64,000 nucleotides of DNA from Escherichia coli (GCF_041886205.1 NZ_CP169029.1), one strand, 5' to 3'. Counted from the stretch's first letter, positions 1-9,825 are shown. Notes: a model not told the origin generated them from the letters alone. Program-made: numbers and translations.

Positions 1-238
1 CATGTTCATGGCAATGATCAGGTAGCTATAAGTACGTTTGAAATGAACATGTTTGATTTCCGTCGTGATAATATAGGAAAAAGTATGCAATCCGGGTTAG
101 ATAAAAAAACTGCTCCTGCAGGAATCATAATGTAATAAATATTAGATATTTTTATATTAGAGGTGAGGAGATGGCGTCACCTCTAATATTTTCGCTGATT
201 GTATTTAGCATCAAATAATAAAGGTACAATTAATTTAA

Positions 239-424
239 GTGACTATCATGAAAAAATTAGTTCCGCCATATCAAGTAACCCCGGCACAAATCTATCGTTC
301 CGTTGCCAGTTCTACAGCCATTGAAACCGGAAAACCCGTGCAAGAAATTGAGCGACAGCTCAAACGTAACCGAACGCTGGCGAAGAACGTCGGCCTCGCC
401 AGCAAATCCAGAGATCCGATTTAA
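239..424 (+). CDS. Hypothetical small protein (61 aa), convergent with integrase
   Basis: ORF in six-frame track; no recognisable family; AT-rich context. Confidence 0.25.
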   Translation: MTIMKKLVPPYQVTPAQIYRSVASSTAIETGKPVQEIERQLKRNRTLAKNVGLASKSRDPI

Positions 425-428
425 GCCT

Positions 429-1736
429 CTATCTCTGCCCAAACAGGTTAACGACATTGTTTTCCTGCTGTTGCTGGTGGTTATTCACCCGAGACTCCCA
501 GATCTCGAGAGCCTTACGCTTTTCAACCAGGTAATCGTAACGATCGTAGTGTTTAGAACTCACATCCTGTAGAGCATGGTTCTGAATGCGGTCACGCAGG
601 TCTTTAGCAATACCCGCTTCGCCCATCAGGGTCTTACAGGTACGACGAATATCACGCGCAATAAAAGATGGGCTCAACGCAAAGTGTTGCCGGTAATAAA
701 TGATGGCTTGTGCAAAGCTGTCTGTGCGTAGATGCTGTTCCGGTTTAATACGCTGCGGGAAGATGTAAGGACTCTGACTATGATTCTCAGCTTTCAACTT
801 TTCGAGTATCTCAATGGCTGACTCAGTCAAAGGCACCAGATGATCCCTTTTATTTTTCGACACATCCGCCACTATCAATAACGTTTTTTCTTCCCAGTTA
901 ACGGCATCCCAACGGCTGGAAACCAGTTCATGAGGCCGCTGGCCACCCGTATAGACACACAAGTTAAGCAATTGGCTGATTAACGGGCCGACCTTTGGTG
1001 CTTTAGGGAAATCCCCCATCAGTTGCTGCAACTCATCCAGCTTCAGCCAGTTTGTCCCTGCCTTCTCCGCTGCAGATTGTTTGGGTATGACACTCACTGG
1101 GTTCATTTGAAGCCCAAACATCACGTTCTGCTGGTGGTTTGCCGGATCGTTGTCAGCCTTCAACCCATAATTGAATGCTGCCATCAGATAAGAGCGAACA
1201 CGATTTGCTTCAACTGATGCGCCACGTTTAATAATGGTGGCCAGAATTTGTTTGATATGAGCGGGGATAACGTCACGCGCTTTCGTCGCTTTAGGTATAA
1301 ATGGATAGGTTTCTTTTTCCAGCCGGTACAAAACCTGTTGCCAGGTGCGTTTACCGTCTTCACGCATTTTGGTGGTGTAACCCAAAATGAGTTGCTCAAT
1401 GCTGCCTTTGAGCTGGTCTTCACGTTGTTGTTGTTCGGCAGAGAAAAGCTGCTCTGCGATTTCAGCTTTGGGGTCTTTCCCTTCTTTAAGAAGACCCGCA
1501 TGTTCTTTACATTGCTGTCTTGCCTGCGCGAGTGACAACTCTGGGAAACGGCCAAGCAGAATGAATTGCCGTTTTCCTTGCCAAAAATAACGATAGTAAA
1601 ATACTCGCTGACCCGATGGCTCAACTTTCACCCCTAATCGCCCTGCCCCACGCTCACCACTTTTATCCCATTCATAATAAGCAGTAGTCTTCGGCTTCAA
1701 GCCACTAATCATTGAGACAGTTAAATTATCAGCCAT
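429..1736 (-). CDS. int: Tyrosine recombinase / phage integrase, P4 family (start probably Met at 1736; longest ORF extends to 1838)
   Basis: N-terminal arm-binding-like segment (FYYRYFWQGKRQFILLGRFPELSLAQARQQ) and C-terminal catalytic region ending HYDRYDY with conserved R/H/R/Y pattern. Confidence 0.8.
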   Translation of the reverse strand: MADNLTVSMISGLKPKTTAYYEWDKSGERGAGRLGVKVEPSGQRVFYYRYFWQGKRQFILLGRFPELSLAQARQQCKEHAGLLKEGKDPKAEIAEQLFSAEQQQREDQLKGSIEQLILGYTTKMREDGKRTWQQVLYRLEKETYPFIPKATKARDVIPAHIKQILATIIKRGASVEANRVRSYLMAAFNYGLKADNDPANHQQNVMFGLQMNPVSVIPKQSAAEKAGTNWLKLDELQQLMGDFPKAPKVGPLISQLLNLCVYTGGQRPHELVSSRWDAVNWEEKTLLIVADVSKNKRDHLVPLTESAIEILEKLKAENHSQSPYIFPQRIKPEQHLRTDSFAQAIIYYRQHFALSPSFIARDIRRTCKTLMGEAGIAKDLRDRIQNHALQDVSSKHYDRYDYLVEKRKALEIWESRVNNHQQQQENNVVNLFGQR

Positions 1737-1930
1737 AGTATTTTTCAGTCCTTTGTTCGTTACGTCACCCAGTCTGATTCTGGGTGACGTAGTGGGTGAC
1801 GTAAGGATGATACTGAAGGTAAAAACGCAGAACAACATGAAACAACAACCAGCAAATAACCTACTGTTATTTATTAAATTTAATCTAACGTGAAAAAAGA
1901 TGCAAAATCATGAAACATGGATTTCATATG

Positions 1931-1976
1931 ACTCATAATCGCTTGGTCGCTGGTTCAAGTCCAGCAGGGGCCACCA
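1931..1976 (+). other. Partial tRNA-Ile(CAU) gene, 3' half only (anticodon loop to CCA); att-site-like remnant
   Basis: ACTCATAATCGCTTGGTCGCTGGTTCAAGTCCAGCAGGGGCCACCA matches the ileX/ileY-type tRNA from the anticodon loop onward; upstream bases do not match the 5' half. Confidence 0.65.
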
Positions 1977-2731
1977 AATCATCATTCATGTATCAGGAAG
2001 AGTTAAGGGTACAAGGGGTACTCGATGGCGGTCTATATTTCACGATTAACGCCATTTCAAGGAAGAAGTGCGGTGGGTGGTTTCGAATGAGGGCTGGTGT
2101 TTTGGTACGTGGCATGCCACTGCAATGTATTTATCCATCAGTACTCATTCAAAAGTACCTGGAAAAAATGCCCGCTATGCCAAGCGGGCAAATTGCTTAC
2201 ATGTGGAATTAAGTAATTAACGATAAAGCCAGAGTATTATCATTTATCATGCCTCTTCATTTAATCAGGTTAATTACTCAAATCACTGAACTATTCTCTG
2301 TTCGCTTACTGATGATAAGTGAAGTGTCACAACCACGATTTGTATGTGGACCAATGCCGTAGAGTAAGGATGAAATGTCTCTGCCACGCATTAAACATCT
2401 ACTACTGACCAGAACACCCGCCGCAGGCAGATGAGTCTTGTGAGTATTACAGAAGCATGGCTATGCTCATTAACCAACTCTAATAGATATAAATTCCTAA
2501 CACTCGAAAAACGAATTTCACTAATAAGTCATAACGGGTGATTTTTATCATACAGCGAAATAACCTTTTGTTTATTAAATTTAACATTCTTGTGCTTATT
2601 TAATTAAAAATTCCATGCGTAGCATGTGAAACAGTTAATGTCAGCAAATGTCTCAAATGAGCGATTTTTTATAGTGACAAACAGTAATAACGTTAAAAAT
2701 AGCCATGAAGACATTAACTGAGGAATAGACA

Positions 2732-4081
2732 ATGTTAGTTAGTAAAAGCAACGAATTTAACACTAGCGCAGTTTTGGCTAGCAGGAATTATAATGAAAAC
2801 AATTCTTCCAACCCCATGGGGCTACTAGCTTATAGTATTTTAAATTTAATTTGTAAGGAAGCTGCCTCAGGGACGTACAACGGTGCTATTGAAATTTTAC
2901 AAAAAATGATGTCTGAATGTAAATATCAAGAAGGCAACGCCTTTGTCATTATGGGATCTGGAGAACAATTAAAACGTATTAAATATGATGTTGATGAAAA
3001 TAACTTAAAAGTATTCAACGTACACTTTAATAATAATGAAGAGTTAGTTACTGATGGTGAGCCTGACGTAGTATGTTTAAGCAAGCAGGAGTGGGAAAAT
3101 CTTCTCATTAAATTAAAACCGGAGATTAAAGAAAATGTGTTTTCTGAAAATAACAAATCATCGAGAGAAAATAATGTTGATCAGTATGTTCAATCCGCTA
3201 AAAGAAATGAACAGGCCCTTTTCGATAATATAATAAAAAGTGATTTTCATGTTGCTTCACTTCAGCCAGGTAGTACGCGTAGTGTTATTTCAGAAACGCC
3301 ACGAAATGTCTGTATGGAACCACGTAATTCCTATGAAACCAAAATAGATGAGATTTCATCTTTGTCAGAGTCAAAGGAACACTCCATAGATATTCAAGAA
3401 AAAACAGATGCGTTTGTGAATGAGTTCAAGGGGATATTATTTGATAAAAATGGAACGTCTTCAGAGTTTCTACTTAATTTTTATGAATGTTGCTATGAGT
3501 TTTTACCAAGAGCGCAGCCTCAGGATAAAATCGATAGCTATAATTCAGCACTGCAAGCTTTTTCCATCTTTTGTTCATCTACGTTGACACATAATAATAT
3601 AGGCTTTGATTTCAAATTATTTCCAGAAGTCAAGCTGTCTAGAGAACATCTTGAAACGGTATTCAAATACAAAAATGGCGATGATGTCCGGGAGATAGCC
3701 AAAATTAACATTACTCTCCAAAAAGAAGAGGGTGGTTTATATAATTTACGTGGATTAGATTTTAAGGGATGCTTCTTTTCTGGACAGAACTTCAGTAACT
3801 ATGATATTCAATATGTGAACTGGGGAACGTCATTGTTTGATCTTGATACTCCATGTATTTTTAATGCGCCTGCTTACAACAAGAGTAATGAAAAATCATT
3901 AGAACGCGTCAGCGAAAACGGTTTAAGTGGAGTCTTGTCTGATCGTAATAAAAAAATAAAACTCATCACGGGCGTGGCACCATTCGATGATATTTTATTT
4001 ATGGATGACGACTTTGATGATAGTTCCTCTGAGGATGATCCCGTTGAGAATAGTCCTGTTGTGACTAGTCCCCTTGTATAA
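2732..4081 (+). CDS. AT-rich hypothetical protein, ypjC-like, with pentapeptide-repeat-like segment near C-terminus
   Basis: 449-aa ORF, low GC, Asn/Ser-rich; segment NLRGLDFKGCFFSGQNFSNYDIQYVNW resembles pentapeptide repeats; position matches ypjC of K-12. Confidence 0.55.
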   Translation: MLVSKSNEFNTSAVLASRNYNENNSSNPMGLLAYSILNLICKEAASGTYNGAIEILQKMMSECKYQEGNAFVIMGSGEQLKRIKYDVDENNLKVFNVHFNNNEELVTDGEPDVVCLSKQEWENLLIKLKPEIKENVFSENNKSSRENNVDQYVQSAKRNEQALFDNIIKSDFHVASLQPGSTRSVISETPRNVCMEPRNSYETKIDEISSLSESKEHSIDIQEKTDAFVNEFKGILFDKNGTSSEFLLNFYECCYEFLPRAQPQDKIDSYNSALQAFSIFCSSTLTHNNIGFDFKLFPEVKLSREHLETVFKYKNGDDVREIAKINITLQKEEGGLYNLRGLDFKGCFFSGQNFSNYDIQYVNWGTSLFDLDTPCIFNAPAYNKSNEKSLERVSENGLSGVLSDRNKKIKLITGVAPFDDILFMDDDFDDSSSEDDPVENSPVVTSPLV

Positions 4082-4389
4082 AGTTCTAAAAGCAGTTTTC
4101 AATGATAAATAAATGGCTATTTTTACGAAGAGATAATAACGTAGATTGAAACAATATGTATTATTGATTGAGTAAACGGGATTATTATTCACACTACATC
4201 CATTTTAGTGTCACTACCAAAGAAAAAGGGGCTACGTTTTCATGTAACCCCTTGATTTATTTGGTGGGCTGGCAGTGACTGAATTGGTGCTGTAATTGGT
4301 TGAAATATTTCATCTAATGTCTGGTTTAACTTTCCTTAGCTGCCTGAAAGTTTTTTGATCTCACCCAGCAATAACAGCGTTACGGTGCA

Positions 4390-4680
4390 CCACGACTGAC
4401 TGAAGAACTGCGTGCTCAGGGTTACCACTTCAACGTAAAACCGTGGCAGGAGGTCCGGACTGAAAAAACTGCTCAGGACATTATCGGCAGGGTACGCACT
4501 GGTAGTCTGTAAACTGAACCGACTGGGGCGCAGTATGTGGCATCTTGTCGTGCTGTTGGAGGAGCTGTGCGAACGTGGTATTAACTTTCGTGCTCTGGCC
4601 CAATCTATATTTGCCCAACAATGGGGGGACGGAAGCTGTAAAAGTAAAACAATCTGCGATCTCAGAGTTATTGTGTGATT
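4390..4680 (+). pseudogene. pinH: Serine invertase (Pin/Hin family) fragment, pinH-like pseudogene
   Basis: Translation KLNRLGRSMWHLVVLLEELCERGINFRALAQSI matches the resolvase/invertase catalytic-domain core; frameshifted upstream, no intact N-terminus or HTH. Confidence 0.7.
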
Positions 4681-5007
4681 TTTATGTGAGCAGAAGATAT
4701 TCATCAGAAACGATTATGTAAATCATTTTATTTTGCCGACTGCCTGATTGTCGAAAGAAAAGAATACGCCCGGGTTTCCTGAATAGATTGACTTTTTTAT
4801 CCAACCACACTTCAGCGCACTGCGTTTAAAAAATGCCTCATTCTTATGCGGAATATCATCATTTCATCATGATGTCTTTGATGAGCGGTGAACACAATAC
4901 ACTTGCGCTGTCTCTTCAGGATGAATCCCCTGGTCTGGTGCCTGTGGGCTGATGTTGCAGCAAAGCTAAGGTCGCTTAAACGCTACTCAGTATTCACTTT
5001 TCAGAGG

Positions 5008-8000
5008 ATGAAATTTATGAACAGGACCAGTCCCTATTATTTTCGCCGCTCAGTACTTTCCTTATTGATATCTGCCCTGATATATGCTCCGCCCGGGATG
5101 GCGGCCTTTACTACTAATGTTATTGGTGTGGTAAATGATGAGACTGTAGATGGCAACCAACGAGTAGATGAACGAGGTACAACAAATAACACTCATATTA
5201 TCAACCATGGCCAGCAGAGTGTTTATGGCGGAGTATCTAATGGAAGTATTATTGAATCGGGTGGATATCAAGATGTTGGAAGGAATAACAATTATATGGG
5301 GCAGTCTAATAATACAACCATTAACGGAGGAAGACAGACAATTCATGACGGGGGCATTTCCACCGGTACGATAATCGACAGTGGCAATCAGGACGTTTAT
5401 ACAGGTGGTATCAGCAATGGAACGACAATTAAGGGTGGTAATTCACACATAAGTGGGGGGACTGCGAATGGAACAATCATTGATGGTGGCAGCCAACGAG
5501 TAACAACGCAGGGGCATGTTGACAGTACAACGATAAATAAGTCTGGCTCTCAGGACATCACGCAAGGAAGTCTGGCGACGAACACAATCATAAATGGTGG
5601 ACGACAGTATGTTGAACAGAGCACAGTAGGAACAACCACCATTAAAAATGGCGGTGAGCAAAGAGTATATGAAAGCCATGCGCTGGACACGACGATTGAA
5701 GGTGGAACTCAGTCTCTGAATAATAAGTCAACGGCAAAAAATACTCAGATCTATTCTGGTGGTACGCAAATTGTTGATAACACCAGCACCTCGGATGTTA
5801 TTGAAGTTTATTCCGGTGGCGTGCTTGATGTTAGTGGTGGTACGGCAACAAATGTTACCCAGCACGATGGTGCAATTTTAAAAACAAACACTAACGGTAC
5901 GACGGTGAACGGTACGAATAGTGAAGGTGCATTCTCCATCCACAATCACGTGGCAGACAATGTGTTGCTGGAAAACGGTGGTCATTTAGACATAAACGCA
6001 TATGGTTCGGCAAACAAGACTATTATCAAAGATAAAGGAACAATGTCAGTTTTAACCAATGCTAAAGCTGATGCGACCCGAATAGATAACGGCGGGGTAA
6101 TGGATGTTGCCGGAAACGCGACCAATACCATAATTAATGGTGGCACACAGAATATTAATAATTATGGCATAGCCACGGGAACCAATATCAACAGCGGAAC
6201 GCAAAATATCAAGAGCGGCGGGAAAGCTGACACGACAATTATATCCTCCGGGAGCCGGCAGGTTGTTGAGAAAGATGGTACGGCAACTGGCAGCAATATT
6301 AGCGCCGGAGGCTCGCTGATTGTCTATACCGGCGGTATTGCACATGGGGTTAACCAGGAGACGGGCAGTGCTTTAGTTGCCAACACGGGTGCAGGGACTG
6401 ATATCGAAGGATACAACAAGCTCTCTCACTTCACTATTACCGGAGGGGAGGCTAATTATGTTGTGCTGGAAAATACCGGCGAACTGACGGTAGTGGCTAA
6501 AACCTCGGCGAAAAATACTACCATTGATACTGGCGGTAAGCTGATTGTCCAGAAGGAGGCTAAAACAGATAGCACCAGACTTAATAATGGCGGCGTTCTG
6601 GAGGTTCAGGACGGTGGTGAGGCTAAGCATGTTGAGCAACAATCCGGCGGCGCATTAATTGCTTCCACGACCTCCGGAACACTTATCGAAGGAACCAACA
6701 GTTATGGTGATGCTTTCTACATCAGGAATTCAGAAGCTAAAAATGTAGTGCTGGAAAACGCTGGCTCATTAACAGTCGTCACTGGTTCCCGGGCAGTTGA
6801 TACGATTATTAATGCCAATGGCAAAATGGATGTTTATGGAAAAGATGTTGGCACTGTACTTAATAGTGCTGGCACCCAAACAATATATGCCAGTGCCACT
6901 TCTGATAAAGCAAATATCAAAGGTGGCAAGCAAACGGTATATGGTTTAGCCACTGAAGCAAATATCGAAAGTGGTGAACAAATTGTTGATGGTGGGTCAA
7001 CAGAGAAAACACACATCAATGGTGGCACGCAAATCGTTCAGAATTATGGTAAGGCAATCAATACCGATATCGTCTCTGGCCTACAACAAATTATGGCAAA
7101 CGGGACAGCGGAAGGTTCCATTATTAATGGGGGTTCACAGGTAGTTAATGAGGGCGGTCTGGCTGAAAACTCGGTGCTTAATGACGGCGGCACACTCGAT
7201 GTGCGGGAGAAAGGCAGCGCAACGGGGATACAGCAGAGTAGCCAGGGCGCTTTGGTTGCAACCACCAGGGCGACGCGGGTCACAGGAACACGCGCGGATG
7301 GCGTCGCGTTCAGCATCGAGCAGGGTGCGGCGAACAATATCCTGCTGGCAAATGGCGGCGTGTTAACCGTGGAGTCAGACACCTCTTCTGACAAAACACA
7401 GGTCAATATGGGCGGACGGGAGATCGTCAAAACAAAAGCCACTGCGACAGGCACGACGCTCACCGGCGGTGAACAAATTGTCGAGGGTGTGGCGAATGAG
7501 ACAACAATTAACGACGGCGGAATACAAACAGTTTCAGCTAACGGAGAGGCAATAAAAACAAAGATCAATGAAGGCGGTACGCTGACAGTCAACGATAATG
7601 GCAAAGCGACAGATATCGTCCAGAACAGCGGTGCCGCTCTCCAGACGAGCACGGCTAACGGTATTGAAATCAGCGGTACTCACCAGTACGGTACTTTTTC
7701 CATTTCCGGCAATTTAGCGACCAATATGTTGCTGGAAAATGGCGGTAATTTATTGGTATTAGCAGGTACCGAAGCTCGCGACTCCACGGTTGGCAAGGGT
7801 GGGGCAATGCAAAACCTGGGTCAGGACTCCGCCACAAAGGTTAACTCTGGCGGGCAATATACCCTTGGGCGGTCAAAAGATGAGTTTCAGGCTCTGGCCC
7901 GGGCAGAAGATCTCCAGGTCGCTGGCGGTACGGCAATCGTCTACGCAGGTACGCTGGCGGATGCATCGGTCAGTGGCGCGACAGGAAGCCTGTCGTTAAT

Positions 8001-9597
8001 GACGCCACGGGATAATGTTACGCCAGTTAAACTCGAAGGGGCGGTCCGGATTACCGATAGCGCGACATTGACTCTGGGAAATGGCGTCGATACCACGCTT
8101 GCCGACCTGACGGCTGCCAGCCGGGGCAGTGTCTGGCTTAACAGCAATAATTCCTGTGCAGGTACCAGCAACTGCGAATATAGAGTAAACAGTTTGCTAC
8201 TCAACGACGGTGATGTTTATTTGTCAGCACAAACAGCAGCGCCTGCCACAACTAACGGTATCTACAATACGCTGACAACCAATGAACTTTCCGGTAGCGG
8301 TAATTTCTACCTGCATACCAACGTTGCAGGCTCCCGGGGCGATCAACTGGTCGTCAACAACAACGCCACTGGTAATTTTAAAATCTTTGTTCAGGATACC
8401 GGCGTCAGCCCACAGTCTGACGACGCGATGACGCTGGTGAAAACAGGGGGAGGGGATGCTTCGTTTACGCTGGGCAATACCGGCGGTTTCGTTGATCTTG
8501 GGACCTATGAGTATGTCCTGAAAAGTGACGGCAACAGCAACTGGAACCTGACCAATGATGTCAAACCCAACCCGGACCCCATCCCAAATCCAAAGCCAGA
8601 CCCAAAACCCGATCCAAAGCCAGACCCAAATCCAAAACCAGACCCTACTCCCGATCCAACGCCGACACCCGTTCCGGAGAAACGCATTACGCCTTCTACG
8701 GCAGCCGTACTCAATATGGCAGCAACATTACCGTTGGTATTTGATGCTGAGCTAAACAGTATTCGCGAGCGGTTGAACATAATGAAAGCGAGTCCACACA
8801 ACAATAATGTCTGGGGGGCGACGTATAACACCCGTAATAATGTCACCACCGATGCGGGTGCCGGGTTTGAGCAGACGCTGACCGGAATGACAGTGGGGAT
8901 CGACAGCCGTAATGATATTCCTGAAGGAATTACCACGCTAGGCGCTTTTATGGGCTATTCCCATTCACATATCGGTTTTGATCGCGGAGGACATGGCAGT
9001 GTGGGCAGTTATTCTCTGGGCGGCTATGCCAGTTGGGAACATGAAAGTGGTTTCTATCTGGACGGTGTCGTGAAGCTGAACCGTTTTAAAAGTAACGTAG
9101 CAGGTAAAATGAGCAGCGGTGGAGCCGCCAATGGCAGTTACCACAGCAACGGGCTGGGCGGTCACATTGAAACCGGGATGCGATTTACCGATGGTAACTG
9201 GAACCTGACGCCGTATGCATCGTTAACGGGGTTCACCGCTGATAACCCCGAATATCATTTATCCAATGGCATGGAATCGAAATCAGTCGATACCCGCAGT
9301 ATATATCGTGAACTGGGTGCAACGCTGAGTTACAACATGCGTCTGGGGAACGGTATGGAAGTTGAGCCGTGGCTGAAGGCGGCTGTGCGCAAAGAATTTG
9401 TCGATGATAACCGGGTGAAGGTGAATAATGACGGTAATTTCGTCAATGATTTGTCGGGCAGACGTGGAATATACCAGGCAGGTATTAAAGCCTCATTCAG
9501 TAGTACGTTAAGCGGGCATCTCGGGGTGGGGTATAGCCATGGTGCCGGTGTGGAATCACCGTGGAACGCGGTGGCTGGTGTGAACTGGTCGTTCTGA
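5008..9597 (+). CDS. ypjA: Large adhesin-like autotransporter (ypjA-like); start assigned to the signal-peptide Met, ORF opens at 4888
   Basis: Signal peptide (MKFMNRTSPYYFRRSVLSLLISALIYAPPGMAA), long passenger of about 19-residue Gly/Thr/Asn-rich repeats, Pro-Asp-Lys linker, C-terminal beta-barrel ending VNWSF. Confidence 0.85.
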   Translation: MKFMNRTSPYYFRRSVLSLLISALIYAPPGMAAFTTNVIGVVNDETVDGNQRVDERGTTNNTHIINHGQQSVYGGVSNGSIIESGGYQDVGRNNNYMGQSNNTTINGGRQTIHDGGISTGTIIDSGNQDVYTGGISNGTTIKGGNSHISGGTANGTIIDGGSQRVTTQGHVDSTTINKSGSQDITQGSLATNTIINGGRQYVEQSTVGTTTIKNGGEQRVYESHALDTTIEGGTQSLNNKSTAKNTQIYSGGTQIVDNTSTSDVIEVYSGGVLDVSGGTATNVTQHDGAILKTNTNGTTVNGTNSEGAFSIHNHVADNVLLENGGHLDINAYGSANKTIIKDKGTMSVLTNAKADATRIDNGGVMDVAGNATNTIINGGTQNINNYGIATGTNINSGTQNIKSGGKADTTIISSGSRQVVEKDGTATGSNISAGGSLIVYTGGIAHGVNQETGSALVANTGAGTDIEGYNKLSHFTITGGEANYVVLENTGELTVVAKTSAKNTTIDTGGKLIVQKEAKTDSTRLNNGGVLEVQDGGEAKHVEQQSGGALIASTTSGTLIEGTNSYGDAFYIRNSEAKNVVLENAGSLTVVTGSRAVDTIINANGKMDVYGKDVGTVLNSAGTQTIYASATSDKANIKGGKQTVYGLATEANIESGEQIVDGGSTEKTHINGGTQIVQNYGKAINTDIVSGLQQIMANGTAEGSIINGGSQVVNEGGLAENSVLNDGGTLDVREKGSATGIQQSSQGALVATTRATRVTGTRADGVAFSIEQGAANNILLANGGVLTVESDTSSDKTQVNMGGREIVKTKATATGTTLTGGEQIVEGVANETTINDGGIQTVSANGEAIKTKINEGGTLTVNDNGKATDIVQNSGAALQTSTANGIEISGTHQYGTFSISGNLATNMLLENGGNLLVLAGTEARDSTVGKGGAMQNLGQDSATKVNSGGQYTLGRSKDEFQALARAEDLQVAGGTAIVYAGTLADASVSGATGSLSLMTPRDNVTPVKLEGAVRITDSATLTLGNGVDTTLADLTAASRGSVWLNSNNSCAGTSNCEYRVNSLLLNDGDVYLSAQTAAPATTNGIYNTLTTNELSGSGNFYLHTNVAGSRGDQLVVNNNATGNFKIFVQDTGVSPQSDDAMTLVKTGGGDASFTLGNTGGFVDLGTYEYVLKSDGNSNWNLTNDVKPNPDPIPNPKPDPKPDPKPDPNPKPDPTPDPTPTPVPEKRITPSTAAVLNMAATLPLVFDAELNSIRERLNIMKASPHNNNVWGATYNTRNNVTTDAGAGFEQTLTGMTVGIDSRNDIPEGITTLGAFMGYSHSHIGFDRGGHGSVGSYSLGGYASWEHESGFYLDGVVKLNRFKSNVAGKMSSGGAANGSYHSNGLGGHIETGMRFTDGNWNLTPYASLTGFTADNPEYHLSNGMESKSVDTRSIYRELGATLSYNMRLGNGMEVEPWLKAAVRKEFVDDNRVKVNNDGNFVNDLSGRRGIYQAGIKASFSSTLSGHLGVGYSHGAGVESPWNAVAGVNWSF

Positions 9598-9607
9598 CCA
9601 TCAACGA

Positions 9608-9630
9608 AAAAGCCCACATCTGTGGGCTTT
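9608..9630 (+). terminator. Hairpin downstream of ypjA (AAAGCCCACA-tctg-TGTGGGCTTT)
   Basis: Perfect 10-bp inverted repeat 11 nt after the stop codon; weak U-tract. Confidence 0.4.
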
Positions 9631-9760
9631 CATGTTACCAGGAGCCGCGGCTCTTTTGCGTATCCTGTTTTGTCTCCTCACCGTCTGGTCGGTGTCCTGC
9701 TGAGGCTGCTAACTTCCTGTTTTTGTTGGTGTTGTCCTTACACCGTCCAATCATGATTGG

Positions 9761-9771
9761 GCTGGCGGAGT
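9761..9771. other. Putative distal att core (imperfect repeat of ssrA 3' end)
   Basis: GCTGGCGGAGT resembles GCTGGCGGGAGT at the tmRNA 3' end (window 21340-21351); short and imperfect. Confidence 0.3.
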
Positions 9772-9825
9772 CTGAATAACATTTGCAACATAATGTTTTT
9801 ATTGTTTATTTTCCAATTCAACTTT

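Larger units (their letters stand above)
1..1976. mobile_element. Right-hand edge of an integrative element (integrase plus tRNA-Ile 3' half att-like repeat); body lies upstream of the window
   Basis: P4-family tyrosine recombinase immediately next to a 46-nt copy of a tRNA 3' half with no 5' half; typical island/att junction. Confidence 0.5.

Noticed and set aside
1910-2212. 100-aa ORF overlapping the tRNA-Ile remnant
   Set aside because: It runs through the tRNA-derived sequence and has no ribosome-binding site; most likely non-coding att-flank DNA.
2000-2730. AT-rich 700-bp gap between the tRNA remnant and the ypjC-like gene as a possible sRNA or decayed gene
   Set aside because: No convincing promoter-terminator pair or conserved structure could be identified by eye; left unannotated.
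5062-9617. Antisense and alternative-frame ORFs inside the autotransporter gene (e.g. 7044-7652 minus, 8505-8936 minus, 9330-9617 minus)
   Set aside because: Shadow ORFs generated by the repetitive, GC-biased passenger-coding sequence; the long plus-strand frame with signal peptide and beta-barrel explains the region.
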